A DNA stretch of 64,000 nucleotides, taken from positions 1,336-65,335 of the forward strand of contig JBBRNW010000013.1 in assembly GCA_038230015.1 (NCBI GenBank), read 5' to 3'. Every line of letters begins with the position of its first letter. Within the stretch, counting starts at the first letter, position 1. Under the pieces are notes generated by a model. The model was given only the letters and a program-made list of their open reading frames with translations. It searched no databases and was not told the DNA's origin. Source of the stretch: Hyphomicrobiales bacterium. Its GTDB lineage: Bacteria > Pseudomonadota > Alphaproteobacteria > Rhizobiales > Aestuariivirgaceae. Position numbers and translations under genes: made by a program. Below, piece by piece: positions 1-9,443 of the stretch.

Positions 1-818
1 TTAGCGGCCTTTTTTGGCTTAGCACTAGCATCAGCCTTTACCTCTGGATTAAAGATTGCAACAGAATTGTCGTCAGTTTTTCCAGCCTCAGCCGGCGTTG
101 TTGCAGATTTTTCCTCAAGTACTTTAACCTTGGTGTTGGTCGCTTTCTCAACCTCATTCACCTGAATAACATTATTAATTACAATGTTGTTTTCAATGTG
201 CACTGTTTCCGGTTTGCCTTGTTGGATAATGGTACGAACGTGCTCTCGATCCCGAATGACTTCGGTTGATAAATTAATCGAAAGAAATGAGGAAGTGGGA
301 ACTGCTTGCCAATAATAGTCTGGTACATCGCCAATTGTGATGTTCACGTCAACATCAAAGTCACGGCCTCGACGAGGCGGCAACGGTGCCCATGCTATTT
401 CATTGCGGCCATGGTTCCAGACCACCCAAGCAGGTGCCCAACGATGGCCAGGAACCCAATACCAACCGATCTCGCGCGAGTAACCCCATCGACCGTAATG
501 ATATGTGGCCCAACCAAAGCGCTCATCTGAAACCCAGAGCCAACCATAACGTTTGGTGTAAGACCAATGACCCACCGTATAAGGACGCCAACCTCGGTTC
601 ACTTTCTGTGGAATAAATACAAAACGATCTTCGAACAACACCCAGTTCCCATAGGGTTGCAATTCGTCATAAAAATTGCCAAATCCGAAATTCACCGAAA
701 TATTGGTATCGGCATTTGCAGGCGATGACACTTGATACGCCGGAGGGGAAAATGCAGCTAAACCAAAGAGGATGCCGGTTACTGCAGCAGTACCTAAAAC
801 AGTTTGCTTGAATTTCAT
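1..818 (-). CDS. Secreted DUF6600-like protein, 3' partial (runs off window)
   Basis: Not in ORF track; translated by hand. ATG at 818, GGAG RBS at 825-828. Signal-like MKFKQTVLGTAAVTGILFGLAAFS, then FYDELQPYGNW...GWRPYTVGHW...YGWLWVSDERFGWATYHYGRW...GWYWVPGHRWAPAWVVW. Open to base 1. Confidence 0.75.
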   Translation of the reverse strand, partial: MKFKQTVLGTAAVTGILFGLAAFSPPAYQVSSPANADTNISVNFGFGNFYDELQPYGNWVLFEDRFVFIPQKVNRGWRPYTVGHWSYTKRYGWLWVSDERFGWATYHYGRWGYSREIGWYWVPGHRWAPAWVVWNHGRNEIAWAPLPPRRGRDFDVDVNITIGDVPDYYWQAVPTSSFLSINLSTEVIRDREHVRTIIQQGKPETVHIENNIVINNVIQVNEVEKATNTKVKVLEEKSATTPAEAGKTDDNSVAIFNPEVKADASAKPKKAA

Positions 819-852
819 TTTGATCTCCTGAAATAGATTCTTCAGGAGTTAG

Positions 853-877
853 AACGTGGATTTAGAACTGAAGTTCC
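853..877 (-). promoter_or_regulatory. Candidate EcfG (general stress response ECF sigma) promoter
   Basis: Minus strand GGAAC-ttcagttctaaatcca(16 nt)-CGTT, 35 nt upstream of ATG 818; matches the alphaproteobacterial GGAAC-N16/17-CGTT consensus. Confidence 0.6.
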
Positions 878-999
878 CTTTTGCGCAGAAGAAAACAGGT
901 AAGAAAACCTTTCTCCAAGCGGACTATGGCGTGTCGTGATTTTGGGTGTTCGCAAATCAACTTAAGCGTGCATCACTAGCAGCCTTCTTGAGGGAGGCT

Positions 1000-1286
1000 T
1001 TGATTGTTAAACGATACGGCTTGCTGGATGATCAGCATGTTCGTATAGAAAATCTTGTACAGGGTTGCCCGGGCCATGGGGGCCACAACAGTGAGGCGGC
1101 AATCGACTGTTTGTCGAAGACATAATTTGGAAGTTCAGAGCTTGCGCACCATGGCAGGATTTACCGGAACGCTTTGGTTACAGGAGCGCCCACCGTCGCT
1201 TTTCTCAATGGTCGCAAGACGGCATTGAAGAGAATTTTGTCAGAGCCTTTGCCGTCGACCCTGACGATCAAATCGTAATAACAAAC
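1000..1286 (+). mobile_element. IS5-family transposase N-terminal relic (frameshifted, truncated)
   Basis: Hand translation KRYGLLDDQHVRIENLVQGCPGH / frameshift / GNRLFVEDIIWKFRACAPWQDLPERFGYRSAHRRFSQW resembles the IS5-family N-terminus (RYxLxDxQW...DNRLFVEAVLW...PWRDLPERFG). No DDE domain follows. Confidence 0.7.
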
Positions 1287-1453
1287 GGGTTTTCGATTTT
1301 GCACACTATTTAGAATGCAAATTAGTCGAGTGTTTGGCCAATACCACTAAGTACTTCATAGGAATTCCAACAGGTAACTAAAACCCTGTGCGAAACTTTT
1401 TCGCAGAAATTCATCTCTCCTGTTCAATCGTATGGTTCAACTGGCGACACACT

Positions 1454-2185
1454 CTAGTTATTCAGCCCATCTAGGTAAGCGCAGGTATCTCGTGTTTTTT
1501 GGCTGCTTCCATACTCGAAAATGCGATTACGGTCGTCAGGTCCATCGCGCCGTTCAGCCACTGAGCGCGGCAAAAGCTGCGCCTGTTCAACAGTCGCGTC
1601 TGCACCGGCACTCACCTGACTTTTATCGAAAAAAGTTACAAAGCAAACCAGACCCTGGTTGTTGTTGCCATTACCATTATTCCCAACGTCATTCGCTGAA
1701 TTATCATTATTCAATTGATCGAGATAATTGCAAGTCTGGCGTGTTTTTTTGTTGTTACCATAGGTAAATATACGGTTCCGGTCATTTGGACGATCACGCC
1801 TTTCAGCTTCCGAACGAGGAAGCGTCCTTGCTTGTTCAACATCTGCGTCTGCACCACCACTTACTTGGCCGCGCTCAAAGAACGTCACAAGGCACACCAA
1901 TTGTTCGCCACCTCCACCATTTCCTTGGCGATATCGATCACCGAAATAGAAGCCTCCGGGCCCGAAAAACAATGTAAAGCCAAGCTGAGCACGCTTCTGA
2001 AAGCGGGACGGCAAATGATGGCAATAAGTCACTCTCTTTCGGATATGCCCAAAAGAATCCACCGCCTGATAGCGACAGAGTGATCCGCGCCTGTGGGCTT
2101 CGGCGGACGTATTTAGGAATGGAGACGTAAACAAGACGGCTACAGTGGCAGCGATACTAATAAGTTTGGGGCTAATATAGTTCAT
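1454..2185 (-). CDS. Secreted hypothetical protein with two tandem 65-aa Cys-containing domains
   Basis: ORF 1454..2329; preferred start ATG 2185 (AGGA RBS, signal peptide MNYISPKLISIAATVAVLFTSPFLNTSAEA). Confidence 0.75.
   Translation of the reverse strand: MNYISPKLISIAATVAVLFTSPFLNTSAEAHRRGSLCRYQAVDSFGHIRKRVTYCHHLPSRFQKRAQLGFTLFFGPGGFYFGDRYRQGNGGGGEQLVCLVTFFERGQVSGGADADVEQARTLPRSEAERRDRPNDRNRIFTYGNNKKTRQTCNYLDQLNNDNSANDVGNNGNGNNNQGLVCFVTFFDKSQVSAGADATVEQAQLLPRSVAERRDGPDDRNRIFEYGSSQKTRDTCAYLDGLNN
1457..1900 (-). repeat. Intragenic duplication: 65-codon units at 1706-1900 and 1457-1651
   Basis: LVCLVTFFERGQVSGGADADVEQARTLPRSEAERRDRPNDRNRIFTYGNNKKTRQTCNYLDQLNN vs LVCFVTFFDKSQVSAGADATVEQAQLLPRSVAERRDGPDDRNRIFEYGSSQKTRDTCAYLDGLNN: 47/65 identical by manual count; 18-aa Asn/Gly linker. 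Confidence 0.95.
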
Positions 2186-2236
2186 TATCTTTTCCTGTGT
2201 ACAAGTGCATTTAGGTTTACGTCGGATAATATTTAT

Positions 2237-2261
2237 AACGGTACAGGTACAAATTCGTTCC
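2237..2261 (-). promoter_or_regulatory. Second candidate EcfG promoter
   Basis: Minus strand GGAAC-gaatttgtacctgtac(16 nt)-CGTT, about 50 nt upstream of ATG 2185. Confidence 0.6.
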
Positions 2262-2389
2262 CAAGATAAATTTTCACAAAACTCCTTAGATATCAAATGG
2301 CGGGCGCTGGACACTTGATATAATTCCATAAGACCGCGCCATCAGTCATCAGAGAAAATGTGGCTCAAAAATTTTAAAAGAAAGTCTGG

Positions 2390-2705
2390 TTAAAGGATCT
2401 CTTGTGTCTCTACGTCCTCGTCACGGACCCAAACTTTGTGGTGAACAATCCGATGATGATCATGTTAGCGGTTCCATTTTCTGACCATTACATACTAATA
2501 CCGAGAACTTTGATCGGTATAACAGTCATGGCCATGATCTAAACTGGGGTACCTTACATAATCCGGATAAAGTTAGGCGTAAAATCCCGGATATCCACCG
2601 CCAAGGTTCAACTAAATGACAGACCATCGTGAGCAGAAGCAAATGTGGCTGCTACTTAAACAAAAGTAGCAAGACGGAGGCAGCTAATAAAAACTTGCGA
2701 TACAT
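2390..2705 (-). pseudogene. Possible decayed small secreted-protein gene
   Basis: GAGAAGG RBS, ATG 2705, MYRKFLLAASVL then frameshifts/stops; pieces read AATFASAHDGLSFS / LGGGYPGFYA*LYPDYVRYP...HRIVHHKVWV. Confidence 0.35.
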
Positions 2706-3517
2706 TTAATCGACCTTCTCATTTGACATAAGAATTAATAAATTAATTTGATGAGGCTTGATTGATAGGGCGCTCAACGTGAACTCAAGCAATACAGCTC
2801 GTTCATCTGCCGTTCATGTTGATCTGCGGATTACATGCATTCGCCGTGGCTAAGCTTCTGTCGTCAAAAGAGGCTAAAATGAGTTGAAGTTGAATATTCG
2901 GAAGCGCGTTCCGAGTTGGATCAGCGTTCCGCCATTCCCTATAATCGCTGTCCAAGTTCAAATCTCATGGGACAAATTTGCTGGCCTGAATAAAGAAGGA
3001 GTTTTGAAGACACTGTAGCATCACGGAGACTTGACCGAAGAGTGTCTCGATCGTTTGTTCGCCTGTCTTATCGATATGCCGATCCAAAGGCTGTTTATTT
3101 GGTAACTGAGCTTGAGTTGCTTTTGAAGCAACATTTTTGAAACATTGGACAGTTCGAAATTGTGGAGATAACCCGGGTCATGCCCACCGAACACTGTCGC
3201 GGGCCTGCGCCGACTTCGGCGGGCAATCCGCAAAATCAATGATTGATCGGCGGCCTTTAACAGAGGTTAAACGCTATGAGGGCCTATCAGGAAAAAACCG
3301 TAGAACAACTTGCTATTAACCTTGGTCTTGAAGCTGAAAGTCGCCTAATCTGATTTCTTGAGAATACAAACGGAATGTCCCTGAATGAATTCCGTGAACG
3401 TGAACGCGCAGGTCGTTTTTGATACCTAAGAACACGTTTTATCAGTCGAGATTTGTGGAGCATACAACGCCATGGTGACGAAATCCGCATCTTAGCCGAT
3501 ATTAAATGAGCAAACGG

Positions 3518-5938
3518 TTACGACCGCATCCTTGAACCACTTGGATCGTAAATTGGTAGTTTAGAAATCGAAGCAGAGTAAGTTGTGCCGTTGATTTCTA
3601 CGTCTACACGCGCCCCTTCTATGGCGAATGCAGTAGGCACATAGCCCAAGGCCATCGACTTGCCGGTATGATGGGCAAATCCACCTGATGATACATAGCC
3701 GACCGCCACCCCGTCTTTGAGAATAGCTTCGTCATTGACGACGTCTCTGCCTTCTATTTCGATGGTTATACATACCAGTTTTTTAGCTGGTCTCGCTTTG
3801 CGTTGCTCAATTGCTGCCTTCTTGCCGATGAAGTCTTTGTCCCAGTCGATAAAGGCATCCAGCCCTGATTCTGCTGCTGTAAAATCTGGTCGGAAATCGA
3901 GAGTCCAGACACCCCAATTTTTTTCCAATCGCAATGACATCAGAGCGCGTGATCCGTAGAGCTTGAGACCCAAACCCTCACCCGCTTCCTCAATGGCCTC
4001 AAATAGACGCATTTGAAACTGTGGTGCGCAATAGATTTCGTAACCAAGTTCACCTGAAAACGAAATGCGTGAAAGAATTACCGGCACACCACCGACAAAA
4101 GTTTGACGAATGTCCCTGAATTTCAATGCTTCATTTGAAACGTCAACGCGTGTCATCCGCGACAGCAGGCTTCTTGAATTTGGGCCTGATATCGCAAATC
4201 CGTGAAAATCGTCAGAGCGATTGCGATAGGTAACCCCAGTTTCAGGGAGATGGCGCTCAAACCAGCGGCGATGCATATCTTGCGCAGCACCAGAGCCAAA
4301 GATCATGAAGTGATCCTCTGCTAGGCAGGCCACCGTCAAGTCACCATAAAGCATTCCCTTTGGGGTTAACATTGGTGTTAGCGCTATGCGACCCACTTTC
4401 GGCAAACGACCTGCAAGGACGCGATCAAGATAGATTCGCGAGTCCGGCCCCTTAAATTCATGTTTGGAATAATTTGCGATTTCAATTGCGCCCACTGCTT
4501 CTCGCACAGCTTTTACTTCAGACCCTACATAGGTATGACTGCGATTGCGATCAAACGTTGGTGGTTCATGGGCGTCTTCGGGACCATTGGAGTACCACAG
4601 CACATGTTCCAGCCCGAATGATGTGCCCATAACTGCGCCACGCGATTTCAACCGATCATAGAGGGAGGTGGTTTTTTGACGACGACCTTTAGGCAAGGTT
4701 TCATTGGGGAACGTCATCACGAAACGGCGTTCGTAATTTTCTGAAGATTTCATGGTGCCCCAATCGGGTGTTGCGAAGTTCCCAAATCGCGCAATGTCCA
4801 TGGCCCACACATCAATCGATGGTTCTCCATCAATCATCCACTCAGCCAAACACATCCCCACTCCGCCAGCTTGGCAAAATCCTGCCATAACGCCAACAGC
4901 AGCCCAGTAATTCGTCATTCCGGGCACAGGTCCAATCATAGGATTGCCATCTGGTCCGAAGGTGAAAGGGCCATTAATCACATTTTTAATGCCAGCACTG
5001 CCGATGGCCGGAATACGTTCAAAAGCAAGTTCCAATCGTTCAGCAACACGGTCAAGATCAGGCGACAGTAACTCATGGCCAAAACTTTGCGGCGTGCCAC
5101 CAACTTTCCACGGCGTCGAACTTGGCTCGTAAGTGCCGAGCAACATACCGGTACGTTCCTGCCTGAAATAAATATTGGCCTCATAATCTATGCCAGCGGG
5201 CAACCGCAGGCCGGACTTCATGCGCTCGGCAATGGCAGGAATTTCCTCAGTGATAAGATACTGATGTTCCATCGGTTGAACCGGCAAATGCAAGCCTGCC
5301 AGATGACCAACTTCGCGTGCCCACAACCCTGCAGCGTTCACAATCATTTCGGCATGGATGGTGCCATTGACTGTTATGACATCCCAACCACCATCCTTGC
5401 GTTGGCGGGTTTCGAGAACAGGCGTGTGAGTATAGTATTTTGCACCGAAATGACGTGCGGCTTTGGCGTAAGCATAAACTACTCCGGACGGGTCGACGTC
5501 GCCGTCAAGCGGATCCCATAGCGCCGCCATGTAATGTTTAGGATCAATCAGGGGATGGAGGCGGGCTGCCTCTTCAACACTCATAAACTCTTGGTCGAGC
5601 CCCATGTAACGGGCCTTGGAACGCTCACGTTTTAAGTAGTCGTACCATGTTTGATTTGAAGCGAGATAAAATCCACCCGTCGCATGCATACCAACCGAGT
5701 GACCTGATAATTCTTCAATTTCTTTATAAAGTTTGATTGTGTAGCCCTGCAGCCGTGAAATATTTGGATCAGACGAGATGGTATGAATTTGCCCAGCGGC
5801 ATGCCACGAAGAACCTGACGTGAGTTCTGATCGTTCGAGGAGAATGACATCTTTCCAGCCAAACTTGGCGAGATGAAACAGAATCGAGCAGCCGACAACA
5901 CCACCTCCAATAATCACAACGCGCGCATGGGTTTCCAA
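3518..5938 (-). CDS. GcvT-family FAD/THF-dependent oxidoreductase (dimethylglycine dehydrogenase-like)
   Basis: 806 aa; GGGVVG FAD motif, ELTSGSSWHAAG (His of the DMGDH flavin-attachment motif), C-terminal GcvT domain (SRISFSGELGYEIY). Confidence 0.9.
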   Translation of the reverse strand: METHARVVIIGGGVVGCSILFHLAKFGWKDVILLERSELTSGSSWHAAGQIHTISSDPNISRLQGYTIKLYKEIEELSGHSVGMHATGGFYLASNQTWYDYLKRERSKARYMGLDQEFMSVEEAARLHPLIDPKHYMAALWDPLDGDVDPSGVVYAYAKAARHFGAKYYTHTPVLETRQRKDGGWDVITVNGTIHAEMIVNAAGLWAREVGHLAGLHLPVQPMEHQYLITEEIPAIAERMKSGLRLPAGIDYEANIYFRQERTGMLLGTYEPSSTPWKVGGTPQSFGHELLSPDLDRVAERLELAFERIPAIGSAGIKNVINGPFTFGPDGNPMIGPVPGMTNYWAAVGVMAGFCQAGGVGMCLAEWMIDGEPSIDVWAMDIARFGNFATPDWGTMKSSENYERRFVMTFPNETLPKGRRQKTTSLYDRLKSRGAVMGTSFGLEHVLWYSNGPEDAHEPPTFDRNRSHTYVGSEVKAVREAVGAIEIANYSKHEFKGPDSRIYLDRVLAGRLPKVGRIALTPMLTPKGMLYGDLTVACLAEDHFMIFGSGAAQDMHRRWFERHLPETGVTYRNRSDDFHGFAISGPNSRSLLSRMTRVDVSNEALKFRDIRQTFVGGVPVILSRISFSGELGYEIYCAPQFQMRLFEAIEEAGEGLGLKLYGSRALMSLRLEKNWGVWTLDFRPDFTAAESGLDAFIDWDKDFIGKKAAIEQRKARPAKKLVCITIEIEGRDVVNDEAILKDGVAVGYVSSGGFAHHTGKSMALGYVPTAFAIEGARVDVEINGTTYSASISKLPIYDPSGSRMRS

Positions 5939-5954
5939 ATAGATTGCCTCCGAT

Positions 5955-7526
5955 TTAGTACCATTGGTCCGCGCCAGCTGATTTGCGGCGGGTTACAAAA
6001 TCTGTCAACGCTTCATCAAGAGCGGGATCGAGGGCTGGTTGGTGATAATCAGCGAGCAATTTTTTCCACATCGTGTTGGCTCGTTTTTGAGAGTCCTGTT
6101 CGCCCGCATCGCGCCATTGCTCGAAAGAATTATTATCAGCCAACGCTGATTCCCAAAATGCAGTTTTGTAGTTAGCCATGGTATGACTGCAGCCGAAGAA
6201 ATGCTTGCCTGGGCCAACTTCCTTGAATGCGTCAAAAGCGAGCTGATTATCGTCGATCGTGAAGCCAGCCATATAGGTGTGAAGCGCACTGCAGTAGTCA
6301 GCATCGAGGATCAGTTTTTCATAACCCATGACCAAGCCACCTTCCAGCCATCCAGCTGAATGCAAAATAAAGTTCGCACCACATTGCACAGCAGCCTGCA
6401 TTGAAACGGTACTTTCGGCCATAGCCTGACCATCAGCTAGCTTTGAACTGGTGAACGCACCTGAGCAGCGCAAAGGCAGGTTTAACCGTCTGGCCAATTG
6501 TCCAATGACAAGCGAACCCAAGGCGGGTTCTGGCGTTCCAAAAGTTGGTGCCCCTGATCGAAGTGCCATTGAGGATAGAAAGTTACCAAATATCACAGGA
6601 GCACCCGGCCTAACCAATTGAGTGAGGGCGCAACCCGCCATGGTTTCTGCCAAGCTCTGCGCGATAGCTCCGGGCGTTGTGACCGGGCCCATTGCGCCAC
6701 CCAAAATAAAAGGCACAATCAAGGTGCCTTGATTGGCACGGGCATAAACCTTAAGCGCTGTTGTCATGGTTTCATCGAAAACCAACGGCGAGTTCACGTT
6801 GATGTTGCCGAGGATAACGCAGTTTTCATCGACGAACTTATCGCCAAACACGATGCGCGCCATCTGTATAGAATCTTCAGCGCGATCGCCTGCCGTAACA
6901 GAGCCCATGAATGGCTTGTCCGAGTAGCGAATATGCGTGGCAATCATGTCAAGGTGACGCTTGTTCACCGCAATATCGACGGGTTCGCAAATTGTCCCGC
7001 CCGAATGATGAAGTGATGGAATGGCATATGCCAATTTCACGAAATTCTGGAAATCCTGCAACGTTCCATAGCGCCTGCCGCCATCAAGATCACGCACGAA
7101 GGGAGATCCATAAGCAGGAGCAAAAACCGTATTCCTACCACCAATCTTAACCGAGCGAGCAGGATTGCGCGCGTGCTGTGTGAACGTGTTTGGAGCCGTT
7201 TTCAGGATGTTGCGAAGCAGGCTGCGAGGGAAGCGCACAAGTTCACCATCCAGCTTCGCTGGAGTCGCTTTCCACATTTCCAAAACTTCAGGGTCACCAC
7301 GAAACTCGATCCCTATTTCTTCGAGGATGCGGTCCGCTTCATTCTCAATTGAAAGGAGGTGTTCTTCACTCAGCAGATCATAGGTTGGGATATTGCGAAC
7401 AATCCCCGGAAAGGCAACTTGGCTCGCCCACTGGGACTCAACACCTCCGCGCCTTTCCCTGCGCGAGTTTCTTCCACGTTCAGGCTTTGTGGATATCCCC
7501 GGTACAACATTTTCATTAGAGCTCAT
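5955..7526 (-). CDS. Trimethylamine methyltransferase (MttB) superfamily protein, non-pyrrolysine
   Basis: 523 aa; FTQHARNPARSVKIGG, NINVNSPLVFD, GAPTFGTPE, HSAGWLEGGL motifs; no in-frame amber codon. Confidence 0.9.
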   Translation of the reverse strand: MSSNENVVPGISTKPERGRNSRRERRGGVESQWASQVAFPGIVRNIPTYDLLSEEHLLSIENEADRILEEIGIEFRGDPEVLEMWKATPAKLDGELVRFPRSLLRNILKTAPNTFTQHARNPARSVKIGGRNTVFAPAYGSPFVRDLDGGRRYGTLQDFQNFVKLAYAIPSLHHSGGTICEPVDIAVNKRHLDMIATHIRYSDKPFMGSVTAGDRAEDSIQMARIVFGDKFVDENCVILGNINVNSPLVFDETMTTALKVYARANQGTLIVPFILGGAMGPVTTPGAIAQSLAETMAGCALTQLVRPGAPVIFGNFLSSMALRSGAPTFGTPEPALGSLVIGQLARRLNLPLRCSGAFTSSKLADGQAMAESTVSMQAAVQCGANFILHSAGWLEGGLVMGYEKLILDADYCSALHTYMAGFTIDDNQLAFDAFKEVGPGKHFFGCSHTMANYKTAFWESALADNNSFEQWRDAGEQDSQKRANTMWKKLLADYHQPALDPALDEALTDFVTRRKSAGADQWY

Positions 7527-7616
7527 GGGTCACCAAATAATGTGTTGAGAACAACATATACTCATGCCAAAATCAATAAACCCCAATAAAACTGATCAAT
7601 TGAGAAAGTTGTTCTT

Positions 7617-8525
7617 ATGTCAAACTTGAAAAAACTAGTCGCAAGCCCCAGTGCGCTGTTTACCTTCGAGGCCGCTGCCCGTCTCGGTGGTTTCAAGCTG
7701 GCGGCTAACGAACTAGGTGTAACTCAGGCTGCCGTCAGTTTTGCGATAAAGACTTTGGAGCAAAATCTCGGCGTTCAGTTGTTTCGGCGTGAACATAAAC
7801 ACGTCAAATTGTCAGATGCGGGGGATAAATTTTATGCCGATGTATCAATGGGGCTCGGTCATATTGGCCGATCAGCTGAAGAATTGCGCAGCATGTCCCT
7901 TGATCAACTTGTAACTCTATCTTGCTCGACGGCTTTTGCAGGCCATTGGGTCATTCCGCGCTTACCCTCATTTCGCGTTGAACATCCCGGCATCGATTTT
8001 CGCATTCAAACATCAGACAAGGATATCGATATAATGCATTCTAAAATCGAACGTGGAATCAGGCGCGGAAACGGTCGGTGGCCGGAATATGAATCTGAAC
8101 TATTTGCGCCAGAGGAGTTAATCCCAGTTTGCAGCCCTACTTTTTTGATCGACAATGGTCCTATCGACACAGTTGAAGAGTTGGCTTTGCGCAAACTCAT
8201 CCATCTGGAAGAGCCCTTCCGTCCGCGCCCAAATTGGTCTGATTGGTTCAAACATTTTCAAAGCAATGTTAAAATTTCCACGGAAAGATTGCGGCTCAAC
8301 GATTATGCGCTGGTCGTGCAAGCGGCTATTGGTGGCCAAGGTATCGCTCTGGGCTGGAGCCACATTCTAGAATACCCAATGCATCATGGACTCCTCGTAA
8401 CAGCTTACCAAGAAAAATGGAGGACTGATCAGAATTTCTACATCGTGTCACCACGAAACAGCACCCTATCCAAAAACGGACAGATAATTCGTGATTGGAT
8501 TTTGAGAGAAGCGATATCAAGCTAA
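7617..8525 (+). CDS. LysR-family regulator (GcvA-like), divergent from the mttB-like gene
   Basis: FEAAARLGGFKLAANELGVTQAAVS HTH; GcvA-type PBP2 domain. Confidence 0.9.
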   Translation: MSNLKKLVASPSALFTFEAAARLGGFKLAANELGVTQAAVSFAIKTLEQNLGVQLFRREHKHVKLSDAGDKFYADVSMGLGHIGRSAEELRSMSLDQLVTLSCSTAFAGHWVIPRLPSFRVEHPGIDFRIQTSDKDIDIMHSKIERGIRRGNGRWPEYESELFAPEELIPVCSPTFLIDNGPIDTVEELALRKLIHLEEPFRPRPNWSDWFKHFQSNVKISTERLRLNDYALVVQAAIGGQGIALGWSHILEYPMHHGLLVTAYQEKWRTDQNFYIVSPRNSTLSKNGQIIRDWILREAISS

Positions 8526-8845
8526 AAAATTTAAATCGAAAGACTATAACTCAAAATAGCCCGGTCATGTAGGTCTAGTCCTGTGAACGACATGTTAATA
8601 GAGCTATGATTGACGCTCAATTTTGACGGATGTTTCTGAAATTTAAACCTGGGCCGCAATTAAGCGAAGCACGGATATTGTTCATTGCGATTAGGCGCCG
8701 AAGTTGATGAGTATTGTTTGCATTTTTTTAATCCGCTTCGGAAGGTAGCGCTCAATCAAGACAAAATATTGAAAACTATCTTTAGTTATTGGCTTAGGTA
8801 ATCACTTTCCATGGCGGTACACAAAGCGGGTTCGGTAAAGGTGGG

Positions 8846-8863
8846 ATCTGGCTCCCGCAACCA
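8846..8863 (+). other. att-like relic: isolated tRNA-fMet 3' end mimic
   Basis: ATCTGGCTCCCGCAACCA matches the E. coli-type tRNA-fMet 3' end ATCCGGCCCCCGCAACCA (recalled) at 16/18. No tRNA 5' half upstream. The opposite strand reads LVAGARSHLYRT. Confidence 0.55.
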
Positions 8864-8866
8864 AAT

Positions 8867-8901
8867 AAAAACCCGTTATCTCAATGAGATGGCGGGTTTT
8901 T
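8867..8901. terminator. Bidirectional intrinsic terminator-like hairpin
   Basis: AAAAACCCGTTATCTC-AAT-GAGATGGCGGGTTTTT, fully paired with two G:U pairs. Confidence 0.8.
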
Positions 8902-9014
8902 CATGTTAGCTAGGACTTCAACGAATGTCGTTCACGCGGGGTGCAATCCGTGATTTGCTATCGTCGCATCTGAGCGGTGGGGAATGCTGCCCGAATAGCG
9001 CGGTGGGCGTATTC

Positions 9015-9439
9015 TTATATCGACGACGACCAAGACAAATTTTCCCAGTCGACATCCTTGGCGATAAAATGGTCTTCCAACGCCGACGTCGATTTTTCAC
9101 GCGCGAACTGCATCTGTGCGTCCGATACTGGCAAAGCGGCAATCCAAGAAACGCGGCGCTTGCCCAAGGTTGTCGTGGCAAAGCCATCCTGCGCGAAAGG
9201 TGTCGTGAAATACAGATGCTTCATGTCGCCAAATCGTAAATGGGCTGGTTCGATACGCCATTGGTCGCGCAAGTCGACAGACCGCCAGCTGGGTAATTTT
9301 CCGCAATACCAATCGCGACATACATCGGGTCATCGGGGCTATCGCGATGAACAAAAAATCGCGGCCTAGAACCAAAGCGTGTTTCGAGAAAGCGAGCGAT
9401 CAGCTTTTCCTCTTCGGACACTTTCGGGAAATCGCTCAT
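9015..9439 (-). pseudogene. Suppressor-of-fused (SUFU) domain immunity protein, split by frameshift and internal deletion
   Basis: ORF 9221..9439 (MSDFPKVSEEEKLIARFLETRFG...TNGVSNQPI) plus 9015..9272 (MKHLYFTTPF...VSWIAALPVSDAQMQFAREKSTSALEDHFIAKDVD) resemble the N- and C-terminal parts of bacterial SUFU proteins. Confidence 0.65.
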
Positions 9440-9443
9440 TCAG

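Noticed and set aside
3021-3490. Short ORFs downstream of the DMGDH-like gene
   Set aside because: No recognisable motif or RBS in any frame I translated; could be decayed DNA but cannot be supported.
5955-7526. Pyrrolysine-containing MttB
   Set aside because: The frame is open for 523 aa with no internal TAG, and no pyl genes are present.
8790-8863. Complete tRNA-Met gene
   Set aside because: Only the last 18 nt resemble a tRNA; no D arm, anticodon arm or 5' acceptor strand could be found.
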